Below, in pieces: positions 40,388 to 53,328 of a stretch of 64,000 nt of DNA. The stretch lies in assembly GCA_963767925.1 (NCBI GenBank), contig CAVYGB010000010.1, positions 1,152,001 to 1,216,000 on the forward strand, given 5' to 3'. This DNA comes from an uncultured delta proteobacterium. GTDB lineage: Bacteria; Myxococcota_A; Polyangia; Fen-1088. Position numbers and translations under genes: made by a program. The notes beneath the pieces were generated by a model that was given only the letters and a program-made list of their open reading frames with translations, was not told the origin of the DNA and did not search any database. Numbering within the stretch: position 1 is the first letter of the stretch; each line of letters opens with the position of its first letter.

Positions 40388-41316
40388 GGAACCAGCTCTA
40401 CCACCGAGGAGGACCGCACCTCGAGCGTGAGCCGGACCGATGCGCCGCCCGTGCCGATCTGGACGGCCTGACTCTCGCGCGCCACCGCCTCGATCGAGAC
40501 GGGCACCTTGAGGTCGGCCAGCCGGGCCAGCCAGGACACCGGGACCACCACCCGCTCACCCGCGCCATTTATCGCCTGGGGGACGCCGCTGCCCGGTTGG
40601 GGGACGAGCGGACAGGCCAGCGCCCAGGTCGCCCCGAAGGGCCGCAGCTCGACGAACAGGGCCAGCCCGGTGTGCTGGGCTGGACCGGTCACCGACAGCG
40701 AGAGGTCATTGGCGATGCTCACCTTCGAGGGCAGCAAGCCGGCCTCCACGGTGGCGATGCCGAGGCGGGGCATCGCCGGGATCGGGAAGCGGCCGATGGC
40801 GTCGCCGAGCGAGAGCACGGTGGGGAGGGTCTCGAGGTCGAGCGGGCCGGCCTCCGCCTCCGAGACGACGCCGCCGACCGAGGAAGCCAGGTTGGCGTAG
40901 ACCCGGGGGGTGGGCCGCAGGACCAAGCCCTCGCTGACGTCGAGGGTGTTTCCGACCGGCTGTCCCAGCTCGATGCTGAGGCCGCTGAGGGCGTCCAGCT
41001 CGACCTGGCCGCCCTGGGCGCCGAGGGCCCGGGCGGCACCGGCGACGTCGCGCAGGGCGCAGGCCCCCTCGGGCGGCTGCGTGACGAGCGCATCGATGGC
41101 GGCGAGGACCTCGTCGGGGCTGGCGCCGTTGACCGTGGCCCGGAAGGCGCGGACCGAGACCGACGGGCTGCCCCCGTTGGGGCCGTCCAGCCGGACGAAG
41201 ACCTCGGCGATACGCTGGCCGGTCTGGGCGGCCGCATCACGGCCTCTGGGCGTGGTGTCGCACGCGGCGCCCGTCACGACGGCGCACAGGACCAGAGTAT
41301 TTGCCCAGACGCGCAT
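40384..41316 (-). CDS. Hypothetical lipoprotein
   Basis: Lipobox GAAC; 4-bp overlap with the PilZ gene. Confidence 0.6.
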   Translation of the reverse strand: MRVWANTLVLCAVVTGAACDTTPRGRDAAAQTGQRIAEVFVRLDGPNGGSPSVSVRAFRATVNGASPDEVLAAIDALVTQPPEGACALRDVAGAARALGAQGGQVELDALSGLSIELGQPVGNTLDVSEGLVLRPTPRVYANLASSVGGVVSEAEAGPLDLETLPTVLSLGDAIGRFPIPAMPRLGIATVEAGLLPSKVSIANDLSLSVTGPAQHTGLALFVELRPFGATWALACPLVPQPGSGVPQAINGAGERVVVPVSWLARLADLKVPVSIEAVARESQAVQIGTGGASVRLTLEVRSSSVVELVP

Positions 41317-41630
41317 GGCAAGTTGGGTTCGGAGATCGCTTTTAGACGCAAGCGGGCAGGAACGCAACCCATTATACTGTCGGCTGCCAGACAAGGCCAG
41401 GGATCGGGTCACCGGCTGTCGCCTCCTCATTGAAACGCTTTCGCTGACCCGGCAAGAACGTCCAGTGTTGGGCCTTGTTCCAGGTTCGTTTCAGTGCTGG
41501 CCGCCACTGAGGTTTTTCCCGGGCGCGGCTCTCTCCGCGTCGCGCGCGCGGGCGCTTCCCCTGCGACCCACCGGGACTCACCTTTGGCGCCGGCACCGCT
41601 GCGAATGGTAAAAGACGGCGCTCGACCGTC

Positions 41631-41950
41631 ATGTCTCGAATAGATACAGGGCAAGTGCATGAGATCGCGCGGCTGGCGCGCCTGCGGCTGACCGACGACG
41701 AGGTGGCGCGCATGGCGCGCGAGCTCGACGCCATCCTCACCCACATCGAGGAGCTGCGCCAGATCGACACGAGCGCGGTCGAGCCGATGACCCACGCCGT
41801 CCCCTTCGACTGTCCGATGCGCGACGATCGGGTCGGCCCGATGCTCGAGGTCGACGAGGCGCTGGCGAACGCGCCCCGCCGCGAGGAGGGGTTCTTCGCG
41901 GTGCCGCGGGTGGTGCCCGACGCGAGCAAGCCGGGCGGGGACGACCTGCC

Positions 41951-41954
<4 letters not shown>
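41631..41954 (+). CDS. gatC: Asp/Glu-tRNA amidotransferase subunit C
   Basis: IARLARLRL...VEPMTHA...MRDD...LANAP...FFAVPRV. Confidence 0.95.
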
Positions 41955-43470
<1,516 letters not shown>

Positions 43471-43474
<4 letters not shown>

Positions 43475-44939
43475 GCGATCCCCTCGACGCCTACGAGCCG
43501 GTGATCGGGCTCGAGGTGCACGTGCAGCTCGCCACGCGCTCGAAGATCTTCTCGTCGGCCTCGGCGGCCTTCGGCGGCGAGCCCAACGCGCGCACCGATC
43601 CGGTGGTGCTGGGCCTGCCCGGCACCTTGCCGGTGCTGAACCGGGCGGTGGTGGAGATGGCGGTGCGCCTCGGGCTGGCGGTGGGCGGGCACATCCGGCC
43701 GCGCTGCCGCTTCGCCCGCAAGCACTACTTCTATCCGGACCTGCCCAAGGGGTTTCAGATCTCGCAGTTCGACGAGCCGCTCGTCGAGGGCGGGGTCATC
43801 ACGTTCCGGCTGCGCGGCGAGCGGCGCCAGGTGCACCTGACCCGCATCCACCTGGAAGAGGACGCGGGCAAGAACTGGTCCACGCCGTCCGGGACGAGCC
43901 TCGTCGACTACAACCGGGCCGGCGTCCCCCTGTGCGAGGTGGTGAGCGAGCCCGAGCGTGCGCTCGGCGGAGGAGGCGGCGGAGTACCTGCGGGCGGTGC
44001 GGACGCTGGTGCGCTACCTCGGGCATCAGCGACGGCAACATGGAGGAGGGCTCGCTGCGCTGTGACGCCAACGTGTCGCTGCGCCTGCGCGGCGAGACCA
44101 AGCTCGGCACCAAGACCGAGCTCAAGAACATCAACTCGTTCAAGAACGTGAAGGACGCGATCGAACACGAGATCAAGCGGCAGGCCCAGCTCCTGCTCGA
44201 CGGGGCGAGCGGGTGGTGCAGGAGACCCGGCTGTGGGACGCCGACGCGCGGGCGCTCGGCCTCGATGCGGTCCAAGGAGCAGGCGCACGACTACCGCTAC
44301 TTCCCCGAGCCGGACCTGCCGCCGCTGGCGGTCGGCGAGGCGCAGCTGGCCCGGGCGCGGGCCAGCTTGCCGGAGCTGCCCGAGGCCCGCTTCGCCCGCT
44401 ACACTGAGCGGCCTGGGGCTGTCGGCCCAGGACGCCGGGGTGCTGGTGTCGGAGCGGGAGATCGCCGATTACTTCGAGGCGGCGGTGGCGGCGGCGGGCA
44501 AGTCGGGCAAAGAGGCGTTCGGCAAGAAGATCGCCAACTGGGTGCATCAACGAGGTGCTGGGGCGGGTGACGGACGCCCGCGCGCTGGCCGCTGCCTGAC
44601 CTGCCGGTTCCGCCGGCGGCGCTGGCGGAGCTGGTGGCGCTGGTCGAGGACGGGACCGTGTCGGGCAAGCAGGCCAAGGACGTGTTCGGGCGCATGTGGG
44701 CGCAGCGGCGGGGGGCCAAGGAGATCGTCGAGGCGGAGGGGATGAGCCAGGTCTCGGATAGTGGAGCGCTCGAGGCGGCTTGCCAGCGGGTCGTGGCGGC
44801 GCATTCCGAGGAAGTGGAGCGGTATCGGGCGGGCCGGACGCAGCTGCTGGGCTTCTTCGTGGGGTTGGTCCTGAAGGAGTCGGGCGGGCAAGCGAACCCG
44901 AAGTCCGTGAGCGAAATCCTGCGCCGATTGCTCGCCTGA
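43471..44939 (+). CDS. gatB: Asp/Glu-tRNA amidotransferase subunit B (many apparent frameshifts)
   Basis: [77 protein letters not shown]. Confidence 0.9.
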
Positions 44940-45076
44940 CCCAGATCCCCTTCCAGCCACGGCCCCGGTAGCCGTCCGCGTCCCCGAGGCGTGCGGCAGT
45001 GCGCTTTGATGGGGATCTCCACCAGATGGCCGAGAGCGGCCTGGCTCAGATCTCCTGCACTTGGGCGAGCGAACCC

Positions 45077-45379
45077 CTCGCGCTCAGGCCCGCTGCGCTC
45101 GGGGACGGACCGGCTCTCGCTCAGGCCCGCTGCGCTCGGGGACGGACCGGCTCTCGCGCTCAGGCCCGCTGCGCTTCGGGGACGGACCGGCTCTCGCGCT
45201 CAGGCCCGCTGCGCTTCGGGGACGGACCGGCTCTCGCGCTCAGGCCCGCTGCGCTCGGGGACGGACCGGCTCTCGCGCTCAGGCCCGCTGCGCTTCGGGG
45301 ACGGACCGGCTCTCGCGCTCAGGCCCGCTGCGCTCGGGGACGGACCGGCTCTCGCGCTCAGGCCCGCTGCGCTCGGGGA
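45077..45379. repeat. Spacerless tandem repeat, 37-40 bp unit, 7 full + 1 partial copies
   Basis: Unit CTCGCGCTCAGGCCCGCTGCGCT(T)CGGGGACGGACCGGCT directly abutting. Confidence 0.92.
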
Positions 45380-45509
45380 GGGGAAGACTCGTCTGAGGGC
45401 ACGCCGGAGCTTCCAGCGCTTCGCGCTTGCCCCTCTGTTCGCCGCTGGCGACTTCGCGCAGACGCGAAGTGCGCGGCTCCACTCGCCCTCAGACAAGTCT
45501 TCCCCTCCC
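45376..45509. repeat. Long branched inverted-repeat element
   Basis: 25-bp arms 45376-45400 / 45485-45509 (24/25 complementary) enclosing internal hairpins at 45415-45427 and 45451-45470. Confidence 0.75.
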
Positions 45510-45628
45510 TCCCCTCCGCTCTCGTCGGGGCTCGAGCGAGCGGCAACGGGCGTTGGGCCGGCGGCTCCGGCGGGGCCAAGCGCGCCTGATCCCAAGTGGG
45601 GGTGAGGCCGTCTCCGGCGTCACGAAGA

Positions 45629-45785
45629 CTCTCCCCGCTGCCGGGGGCGAGGGCGAACAATTGGCCAGGTGCCCCGATCATCTTCCGGGCGGGCACATGT
45701 CGCTCGGACCTCGACGAGATTTCTGCTCCCCCCGACCTGTTCGCCCTCGCCCCGCGGCAGCGGGGAGAGGGATGGGGTGAGGGGG
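45629..45785. mobile_element. Palindromic MITE/REP-like element, copy 2 (inverted relative to copy 3; left arm truncated)
   Basis: Same TIRs; core TTGGCCAGGTGCCCCGATCATCTTCCG matches the reverse complement of the copy 3 core. Confidence 0.75.
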
Positions 45786-45980
45786 CTCCGGGCAGATCGT
45801 TCCGTGCGCCAGTGCCTCGCGGCAGAAGATCGGTCATGGTTTCGGCGTCGAGGCGCCCCGCCAGCAAGGCGCGACGACGAGTAATACTGGACGTATTTCG
45901 AGGAGGAGCAACGCAGCTGGCGGGGATGCATCGGCGGCGAAAAAATGTCCGAGATTCTGCCCTGAGGCGCTAGCGCTGCG

Positions 45981-46568
45981 CTAGGGGCCGGGAGGATCGC
46001 CGAGCTGGCGGTCGAGGGCCAGGTTGAGGGCGAGCAGGTTGACCCGCGGCTCGCCGAGGAAGCCGAGCGAGCGGGCCTCGGTGTGGTCGGCGACGAGGGC
46101 GCGCAGCCGATCGGGGCTCACGCCGCGGGCGCGGGCCACCCGGGGGAGCTGCCAGAGCACGGCCCCGGGGGAGAGGTGGGGGTCGAGCCCGCTGGCCGAG
46201 GTGGTCACCAGCTCGGAGGGGATGGGGCCGGGCGCCTGGGGGTTCTCGGCCTGCAGGCGCGCGATCTCCGCCTGCACCCGCGCCCGCAGGCGGGCCGAGG
46301 TGGGGCCCAGGTTGGATCCACCCGAGGCGGTGGCGTCGTGGCCCTGCCCGGCCGCCGAGGGGCGGCCCTGGAAATAGCTCGGGCGGGTGAAGCGCTGGCC
46401 GATGAGGTGAGCGCCCACGACGCGACCGCTGCCGTCGCGCACCAGGCTGCCCGCGGCCGGTCCCGGGAACAGGGCCCCCGCCAGCCCGGTCATCAGCAGC
46501 GGATAGAGCAGCCCGGTCAGGACGAGAGTGACGAGGGTGGCCCGCAGCGCGGTCGTGAACGTGCGCAT
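45981..46568 (-). CDS. kdpC: Potassium-transporting ATPase subunit C
   Basis: GLLYPLLMTG, LIGQRF, YFQGRPSA, SGGSNLGP, TTSASGLDPHLS, GEPRVNLLALNLALD. Confidence 0.95.
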   Translation of the reverse strand: MRTFTTALRATLVTLVLTGLLYPLLMTGLAGALFPGPAAGSLVRDGSGRVVGAHLIGQRFTRPSYFQGRPSAAGQGHDATASGGSNLGPTSARLRARVQAEIARLQAENPQAPGPIPSELVTTSASGLDPHLSPGAVLWQLPRVARARGVSPDRLRALVADHTEARSLGFLGEPRVNLLALNLALDRQLGDPPGP

Positions 46569-46597
46569 GTCGTTCTCCTTCTCTCCTTCTCTCTTCT

Positions 46598-48643
46598 TCA
46601 GGCGATCCCCAACCAGGACAGCAGGAGATCGATCAGCTTGATCCCGGCGAAGGGGGCGGCGACGCCGCCGAGGCCGTAGATCAACATCGAGCGCCGGAAC
46701 AGCGCCGCCGCGCCCAGCGGCCGGTACTTCACCCCCCGCAGGGCCAGGGGGATCAGCAGGACGATGACGAGGGCGTTGAAGATCACCGCCGAGAGGATGG
46801 CGCTGGCCGGTGAGCCCAGGCCCATGACGTCGAGAGGGGCGAGCTCGGGCAGGGCGCCGAGGAAGAGCGCCGGCAGGATCGCGAAATATTTGGCCACGTC
46901 GTTGGCGATGGAGAAGGTGGTGAGGGCGCCGCGGGTCATGAGGAGCTGCTTGCCGACCTCGATCACCTCGAGCAGCTTGGTGGGGTTCGAGTCGAGGTCG
47001 ATCATGTTGCCCGCCTCCCGGGCGGCCTGGGTGCCGCTGTTCATCGCCACCCCCACGTCGGCCTGGGCCAGGGCGGGGGCGTCGTTGGTGCCGTCGCCGG
47101 TCATCGCCACCAGGTGGCCCTGGCGCTGCTCGGCCTCGATGAGGCGCAGCTTGGCCTCGGGGGTGGCCTCGGCCAGGTAGGTGTCGACGCCGGCCTCGCG
47201 GGCGATGCTGGCGGCGGTGCGGGGGTTGTCGCCGGTGACCATGACGGTGCGGATGCCCATCACCCGGAAGCGGGCGAAGCGCTCCTTGATGCCGCCCTTG
47301 ACCACGTCGGTGAGGCGGACGACGCCCAGCAGGCGGGGGCCGTCGGCCACCGCCAGGGGCGTGCCTCCCGCGTCCCCGATGGCGTGGGCGATCTCGGCGA
47401 GCGCGGGGGGGACGGCGCCGCCCAGGGACTCGACCCAGGCGCTCACCGAGTCGACCGCCCCCTTGCGGAGCTGCCGGCCCTCGAGGTCGCAGCCGCTCAT
47501 GCGGGTGCGGGCGGTAAAGGGGATGAACCGCGCGCCGGGCGGGTGCCGATCGCGGTCCCGCAGGTCCGGGCGCTGCCGGGCCAGCCCGACGATGGAGCGG
47601 CCCTCGGGGGTCTCGTCGGCCAGGCTGGCGAGCCGGGCGGCGTCGGCCAGCTCCTCCGGACACACGCCGGGCAGGGGGATGAGCTCGGTGGCCAGGCGGT
47701 TGCCGAGGGTGATGGTGCCGGTCTTGTCGAGCAGCAGGACGTCGACGTCCCCCGCCGCCTCGATGGCCCGCCCGCTCATGGCGATGACGTTCTTGCGGAT
47801 GAGGCGGTCCATCCCGGCGATGCCGATGGCCGAGAGCAGGCCGCCGATGGTGGTGGGGATGAGGCAGACCAGCAGGGCCACTACCACCGTCGCCGACAGG
47901 GTGATGCCGCGGTGGAGAGCGAGCGGCACCAGGGTCACGCAGGCGAAGAGGAAGACCAGGGTCAGCCCGACCAGCAGGATGTGCAGGGCGATCTCGTTGG
48001 GCGTCTTCTGGCGGGCGGCCCCCTCGACGAGGGCGATCATGCGGTCGAGGAAGGTCTCGCCGGGGTTGGCGGTGATGCGGACGATGAGCCGGTCGGACAG
48101 CAGCCGGGTGCCGCCGGTGACCGCCGAGCGGTCGCCGCCGCTCTCCCGGATCACGGGGCCCGACTCGCCGGTGATGGCGCTCTCGTCGACCGAGGCGGCC
48201 CCCTCCAGCACCTCGCCGTCCCCCGGAATGACCTCGCCCGCCTCCACCAGGACGCGATCGCCCGCGCGCAGGGCGGTGGCTTCGACCTGCTCGGGCGCGC
48301 CGTCGACCTGCAGGCGGCGCGCGCCGACCTGGGTGCGCATCCGGCGCAGCGAATCGGCCTGGGCCTTGCCGCGGCCCTCGGCCACCGCCTCGGCGAAGCT
48401 GGCGAACAGCACGGTGAACCAGAGCCAGAGCGCCACCGCCGCGGTGAACCCGAGGGGGGCGCCCGGCCGCCCCCCCAGGAGATCGCGCAGGAAGATCAGA
48501 GTCGTGAGGGCGCTGCCCACCTCGACCACGAACATGACCGGGTTGCGGGCCACCTGGCGGGGCGACAGCTTGCGGAGGCTGTCGCGCAGGGCCCGCCCGA
48601 GCAGGGCGGCGTCGAACAGGGTGGGGGTCGAGGCGGGGGTCAT
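46598..48643 (-). CDS. kdpB: Potassium-transporting ATPase subunit B
   Basis: [50 protein letters not shown]. Confidence 0.97.
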   Translation of the reverse strand: MTPASTPTLFDAALLGRALRDSLRKLSPRQVARNPVMFVVEVGSALTTLIFLRDLLGGRPGAPLGFTAAVALWLWFTVLFASFAEAVAEGRGKAQADSLRRMRTQVGARRLQVDGAPEQVEATALRAGDRVLVEAGEVIPGDGEVLEGAASVDESAITGESGPVIRESGGDRSAVTGGTRLLSDRLIVRITANPGETFLDRMIALVEGAARQKTPNEIALHILLVGLTLVFLFACVTLVPLALHRGITLSATVVVALLVCLIPTTIGGLLSAIGIAGMDRLIRKNVIAMSGRAIEAAGDVDVLLLDKTGTITLGNRLATELIPLPGVCPEELADAARLASLADETPEGRSIVGLARQRPDLRDRDRHPPGARFIPFTARTRMSGCDLEGRQLRKGAVDSVSAWVESLGGAVPPALAEIAHAIGDAGGTPLAVADGPRLLGVVRLTDVVKGGIKERFARFRVMGIRTVMVTGDNPRTAASIAREAGVDTYLAEATPEAKLRLIEAEQRQGHLVAMTGDGTNDAPALAQADVGVAMNSGTQAAREAGNMIDLDSNPTKLLEVIEVGKQLLMTRGALTTFSIANDVAKYFAILPALFLGALPELAPLDVMGLGSPASAILSAVIFNALVIVLLIPLALRGVKYRPLGAAALFRRSMLIYGLGGVAAPFAGIKLIDLLLSWLGIA

Positions 48644-50361
48644 GGGACCTTTCCGGTGAGGGTCAGGAGGTGCTCGGCCAGAGGGGCCAGGGTGAGGGCG
48701 GGGAAATAGGTGAGCGCGCCGACAACCACGACGACCGCGCTCAGGAGCGCCACGAACAGCGGCCCCCCGGTGGGGAAGGTCCCCGGCCCCGGCGCCACCG
48801 GGCGCTTGCCGATCATCGAGCCGGCGATGGCCAGGACCGGGACCATCATCAGGAAGCGGCCGCCCAGCATGGCGACCGCCAGGGTGAGATCGTAAAACGG
48901 CGTGTTGGCGCCGAGGCCGGCGAAGGCCGAGCCGTTGTTGCCGGCTCCGCTCACGAAGGCGTAGAGGATCTCCGAGAGGCCGTGGGCGCCGTCGTTGGTC
49001 AAGGTGGCCGTCCCCAGCGGGCTGACCGCGGCCCAGGCCGACAGGCCGAGCACCAGCAAGGGAAAGACCAGCAGGTAAAGGGTCACCGCCTTCATCTCCC
49101 GGGGCTCGATCTTCTTGCCGAGGTACTCGGGCGTGCGCCCCACCATGAGCCCGGCGAGGAACACGCTCAGCAGGACCATGACGAGGATGCCGTACAGCCC
49201 GGCGCCGACGCCCCCGAAGATCACCTCGCCGAGCATGATGTTGACCATCGGGACCAGGCCCCCGAGCGGGGTGAAGCTGTCGTGCATGGAGTTGACCGCC
49301 CCGCAGGAGGCGGCGGTTGTCACGGTGGCGAACAGGGCCGAGCCGGCCACGCCGAAGCGGACCTCCTTGCCCTCCAGGTTGCCGGCGCCCGGCTCGAGGG
49401 GGAGCCCGGCCAGGGCCGGGTTTCCGGCCGCCTCGGCGGCGTAGGCGGTGAAAACGCCGGCGAAGAACAGCAGCGACATCGCCGCGAACAGCGCCCAGCC
49501 CTGCCGCCGGTCGCGGGCCATGCGCCCGAAGGTGTGGGTCAGCGCCGCCGGGATGGCGAAGATGAGCACGAGCTGCAAGAAGTTGCTCAGGGGCGTCGGG
49601 TTCTCGAAGGGGTGGGCGCTGTTGGCGTTGAAGAAGCCGCCGCCGTTGGTGCCCAGCAGCTTGATCGCCTCCTGCGAGGCGACCGGGCCGAGGGCCAGGG
49701 TCTGCCGGCCGCCCTCGAGGGTGGTCAGCTCGAGGTAGGGGCTCAGGTTCTGGATCACGCCCTGGGCGGCGAGGGCCAACCCGGCCAGCAGCGACAGGGG
49801 CAGCAAGACGTAGACCAGCGCCCGCACCAGGTCGACGAGGAAGTGCCCCACCCCGCCCGCCCCGCCGTCGGAGGGCCGGGCGGTCAGCCCCCGGGCCAGC
49901 ACCAGCGCCACCCCCAGCCCCGCCCCGGCGGAGGTGAAGTTGTGCCAGGCCAGCCCCGCCATCTGGGTCAGGTAGCTCATCGTCGACTCGCCGGCGTACG
50001 ACTGCCAGTTGGTGTTGCTGACGAAGCTGACCGCGGTGTTGAAGGCCAGGTGAGCCGTGGGGGGCCCGAGCTGCTGCGGGTTGAGGGGCAGCAGGTGCTG
50101 CAGCCGTTGCAGGAGGTACGTCCCCAGCACGCCGAGGGCGGAGAAGACGAGCAAGGCACCCGTGTACCCCCGCCAGCTCTGCCGCGCCTCGCCCCGCACC
50201 CCACACAGCCGGAGCAACAGCCGCTCGACCGGCCCCAGCAGCCCGGGCAGCGGGCGGCGCTCGCCCTCGAAGACGCGATGGAGGTACCCCCCGAGCGGGG
50301 GCGTGATGGCCAGGACGACGAGAAAGAAGGCCGCGATCTGCAGCCAGCCCGTGCGTGTCAT
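48640..50361 (-). CDS. kdpA: Potassium-transporting ATPase subunit A
   Basis: [53 protein letters not shown]. Confidence 0.97.
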   Translation of the reverse strand: MTRTGWLQIAAFFLVVLAITPPLGGYLHRVFEGERRPLPGLLGPVERLLLRLCGVRGEARQSWRGYTGALLVFSALGVLGTYLLQRLQHLLPLNPQQLGPPTAHLAFNTAVSFVSNTNWQSYAGESTMSYLTQMAGLAWHNFTSAGAGLGVALVLARGLTARPSDGGAGGVGHFLVDLVRALVYVLLPLSLLAGLALAAQGVIQNLSPYLELTTLEGGRQTLALGPVASQEAIKLLGTNGGGFFNANSAHPFENPTPLSNFLQLVLIFAIPAALTHTFGRMARDRRQGWALFAAMSLLFFAGVFTAYAAEAAGNPALAGLPLEPGAGNLEGKEVRFGVAGSALFATVTTAASCGAVNSMHDSFTPLGGLVPMVNIMLGEVIFGGVGAGLYGILVMVLLSVFLAGLMVGRTPEYLGKKIEPREMKAVTLYLLVFPLLVLGLSAWAAVSPLGTATLTNDGAHGLSEILYAFVSGAGNNGSAFAGLGANTPFYDLTLAVAMLGGRFLMMVPVLAIAGSMIGKRPVAPGPGTFPTGGPLFVALLSAVVVVVGALTYFPALTLAPLAEHLLTLTGKVP

Positions 50362-50369
50362 GGTTGGCC

Positions 50370-50459
50370 TCAGTACCGCTCGGGGCGCAGGAGCGCGTGA
50401 ACCAGGTAAACGGCGAGGCCGAGCGCGAGCAGGCCCCCCAGGACGTAGTCGGCGGTCAT
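50370..50459 (-). CDS. kdpF: Potassium-transporting ATPase subunit F
   Basis: [29 protein letters not shown], 29 aa with the YL..ALLRPE signature; GGGAG RBS. Confidence 0.9.
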   Translation of the reverse strand: MTADYVLGGLLALGLAVYLVHALLRPERY

Positions 50460-50485
50460 CGAAGGTTTCTCCCGCCGTCCCCCGT

Positions 50486-50501
50486 TGCAGCCGGCAGGCC
50501 A
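50486..50501 (-). promoter_or_regulatory. Sigma-54-type (-24/-12) promoter of kdpFABC
   Basis: Minus strand TGGCCTGCCGGCTGCA = GG-N10-GC, ~27 bp upstream of the kdpF ATG. Confidence 0.5.
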
Positions 50502-50546
50502 GCCGGCGGATCCCGGGGCCGGCAGGGGCTGCGCCCGCCGCCGGGT

Positions 50547-50589
50547 TTCAAGATGCAGGACGTCGCTGGCGGGAGATTGCAGGTTGCAG
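50547..50589. promoter_or_regulatory. Candidate enhancer-binding sites (TGCA-N3-TGCA-like pair)
   Basis: TTCAAGATGCA and TTGCAGGTTGCAG (50577-50589); the latter is repeated exactly at 60271-60283. Confidence 0.45.
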
Positions 50590-50652
50590 GGCGGCCCGCG
50601 TCGCCGGGCCCGCTCGCCGATCTCGGGGTAAAACTGCGGTCCGAGGTAGGCC

Positions 50653-51657
50653 ATGGCAGCGGACACGCCGGCGGGCGCGAAAGCAGGGGCGGTCAGCCAC
50701 CCCGAGAAGGTGCTGTTCCCGGACAGCGGGATCACGAAGGGGGAGCTCTGCGCGTATTACGAGGCGATCGCGCCGCTGATGGTGCCGCACATCCAGGGTC
50801 GGCCGGTCACCCTGGAGCGGTTTCCCGCGGGCATCGACAAGAAGGGGTTCATCCAGAAGGACGTCGCGAAGGGCTTTCCTTCCTGGCTGGAGCGGGTGGA
50901 GGTCGGCAAGCGCCAGGGGAAGGCGGGGGAGAGCGTGCACTACGCGCTGGCCGGCGACGCCCGCTCGCTGGTCTGGCTGGCCAACCAGAACTCCATCACC
51001 CCCCACGTGTGGTGCGCGCGCCTGCCGCGGCTGGATCAGCCGGACCTGTGCGTCTTCGATCTGGACCCGCCGGGAGACGAGGACGTCTCGCTGCGGGCGG
51101 CGGCGCTGGCGGTGCGCGACCTGCTGGACGAGCTCGGGCTCCCCTCGTTCGTGAAGACGACGGGCTCCAAGGGATTCCACGTCGTGGTGCCGCTGGTCGG
51201 GGAGGCCGACTTCGAGGCCTCCTGGCGCTTCGCCCGCGGGGCGGGCGCGGTGCTGGTGAAGCGACACCCCGAGACGTTGACCCAGGAGTTCATCAAGACC
51301 GACCGGGCGGGCCGGATCTTCATGGACACCGGCCGCAACGCCCCCGGCGCCACCTTCGCCGCGGTCTACGCCGTCCGCCCCCGCCCCGGCGCCCCGGTGT
51401 CGGCCCCCTGCACCTGGCAAGAGGTGGAGAGCGGCCGGGTCGGCCCCCGCACCTTCACGCTGCGGAACCTGGCCGAGCGCACCGCCGAGGTGGGCGACCT
51501 CTGGCAGGATCTGGACCGCCGGCGCTGCTCGCTGGCCGAGCCGCTGGCCCGCCTCGAGCAGCTCCTGACCGCCGCCGACTGGCAGGAGGCTCACGCCGCC
51601 GCCACCCGCAGACCGGTGTCCCGCAAGCCCCCCCGCAAGCCCGCGTCCGATGGCTAG
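50653..51657 (+). CDS. Stand-alone LigD-type primase-polymerase (AEP) domain protein
   Basis: SHPEKVLFP, ITKGELCAYY, RFPAGI, FIQK, FDLDP, KTTGSKGFHV, IFMD, RPRPGAPVSAPCTWQEV. Confidence 0.9.
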   Translation: MAADTPAGAKAGAVSHPEKVLFPDSGITKGELCAYYEAIAPLMVPHIQGRPVTLERFPAGIDKKGFIQKDVAKGFPSWLERVEVGKRQGKAGESVHYALAGDARSLVWLANQNSITPHVWCARLPRLDQPDLCVFDLDPPGDEDVSLRAAALAVRDLLDELGLPSFVKTTGSKGFHVVVPLVGEADFEASWRFARGAGAVLVKRHPETLTQEFIKTDRAGRIFMDTGRNAPGATFAAVYAVRPRPGAPVSAPCTWQEVESGRVGPRTFTLRNLAERTAEVGDLWQDLDRRRCSLAEPLARLEQLLTAADWQEAHAAATRRPVSRKPPRKPASDG

Positions 51658-51691
51658 ACGTTGGCTGAAGCACCGGACGGCTGGCCGGAAA

Positions 51692-51863
51692 CCCCTCACC
51701 CCTCCCCTCTCCCCGCTGCCGCGGGGCGAGGGCGAACAGGTCCGGGGGAGCGGAAATCTTGGCCCAGTCCGCGCCATTGGTGCCCGCTCGGAAGATGATC
51801 GGAGGCACCTGGCCAAGTGTTCGCCCTCGCCCCGCGGCAGCGGGGAGAGGGGAGGGGTGAGGG
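51692..51863. mobile_element. Palindromic MITE/REP-like element, copy 3 (most complete, ~170 bp)
   Basis: Near-perfect ~46 bp TIRs flanking a ~80 bp core. Confidence 0.75.
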
Positions 51864-51962
51864 TCCGCCGGCGTTCGCGGTGGGGCGGAGCGTGTTAAAC
51901 GTGGGGCCACGCTGTGGGCGGATTCGATCCGCCGCCGCGCCCTCTGTCGCAAGGAGCCCCGC

Positions 51963-52691
51963 ATGTTCGTTCGCCACCTCACCCCGCTGGTCGCCGCCCT
52001 CGCCCTGGCCACGAGCGCCTGCGCCGATGACACCGGCGCCGCCGGCCCTGACGCCGGCGGCGGCGCGGACGCGGCCACCGACCGCGCGATCGACGCGGGG
52101 GCTGACACGACCGCGGGGGACGCCGCGCCCCCGATGACCTTCTTTCTCACCAGCACGGGCAGCGGCGCCAGCGGCGGCAACCTCGGCGGCCTGGAGGGCG
52201 CCGACGCCAAGTGCCGCCAGCTCGCCACCGCGGTCGGGGCCGGCGACCGCACCTGGGTCGCCTGGCTGAGCATCGAAAACGGCCCCGGCGGCGCCCCCGT
52301 ACACGCCCGCGACCGCGTGGGCCCGGGACCGTGGCACGACGTGAAGGGCCGGCTGGTCGCCGCCACCCTCGCCGATCTGCTGCCCGGGCCCGACCTGCGG
52401 CCCAGAGGCGACACCGCCGCCGTCGACGACCTCCTCGACGAGACCGGCAGCGCCGTCCCCAAAGCCCCCACCCAGCACGACATCCTCACCGGCACCCTCG
52501 CCTCCGGCCAGGTCTCTCCCGGCCAGACCTGCGGCGACTGGAAGAGCACCACGGGCACCGCCCAGGTCGGCCACGCCGACAACCGCGGCCCCTTCTCCTG
52601 GACCGAGGCCCACTTCACCATGGGCTGCGACATGGCCGGCGTCGCCGCCAACGGCGGCAACGGCCGCTTCTACTGCCTCGCCCGGCGCTAG
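51963..52691 (+). CDS. Secreted lipoprotein with C-type-lectin-like/endostatin-like domain
   Basis: AAGGAG RBS; lipobox [51 protein letters not shown]. Confidence 0.7.
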   Translation: MFVRHLTPLVAALALATSACADDTGAAGPDAGGGADAATDRAIDAGADTTAGDAAPPMTFFLTSTGSGASGGNLGGLEGADAKCRQLATAVGAGDRTWVAWLSIENGPGGAPVHARDRVGPGPWHDVKGRLVAATLADLLPGPDLRPRGDTAAVDDLLDETGSAVPKAPTQHDILTGTLASGQVSPGQTCGDWKSTTGTAQVGHADNRGPFSWTEAHFTMGCDMAGVAANGGNGRFYCLARR

Positions 52692-52939
52692 CGCCGAGCC
52701 CGCGCGCAGCGAGGGAACCCGGCTACTTTTCTGCAGCAGGCTCCTGGCGCCGGCGCGTCCGGCGTCAGGGCCAGCGCCTCCAGCGTTGGCGTCGGCGCGT
52801 CCGGCGCCTTTCGCCCACGCGCACCCACGCGGGGTCGAGCCATGGGCTCTGCTGGTTTTGCTCCTCCCTGGATTCGCGATCTCGCAGCGTGTGCAGAGCG
52901 TGCCTGGAACGGACGACTCTCGATGGGCACGATCGTGTG

Positions 52940-53256
52940 GGCCGATCGATGGGACCGGGCCTGCGGGTGAGACCGGGGCCGGGCCGGCGGGGCCCACGGG
53001 AGCAGCGGGTCCGACTGGACCCAGCGGGTTGACGGGAGCGACAGGCGCCACGGGCCTGATCGGAGCGACAGGCGCAACCGGGTCACGGGGCGCAAGCTGG
53101 CAGGGGGTCTGGAGCGCCGTGATCGGCGACCAGCAGGCCTGCACGGATTTGACCGACAGCGTAGCCGTCGTCGCGGGCGATACCCTGGCCTGGGGCATGT
53201 CCACCACAGTTGGCAACAGCGGCCACCGGATCAACATCGCGGCTTACTGCCAGTAG
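52940..53256 (+). pseudogene. Collagen-like (Gly-X-Y) gene remnant
   Basis: [34 protein letters not shown], then WQGVW and a short C-terminal domain; no credible start or signal peptide. Confidence 0.45.
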
Positions 53257-53328
53257 GCGAAGCGCCGCGGGCTCCTGCCCTCCCGCCGGGTCGCGCGGCG
53301 GGGGGCGGGGGTCTATCCTTCGCGGCGC

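Noticed and set aside
45077..45379. Possible CRISPR array
   Set aside because: Units abut directly with no unique spacers, and no cas genes are in the window
44991..45973. Several repetitive ORFs downstream of gatB
   Set aside because: Open frames arising from GC-rich repeats and palindromes
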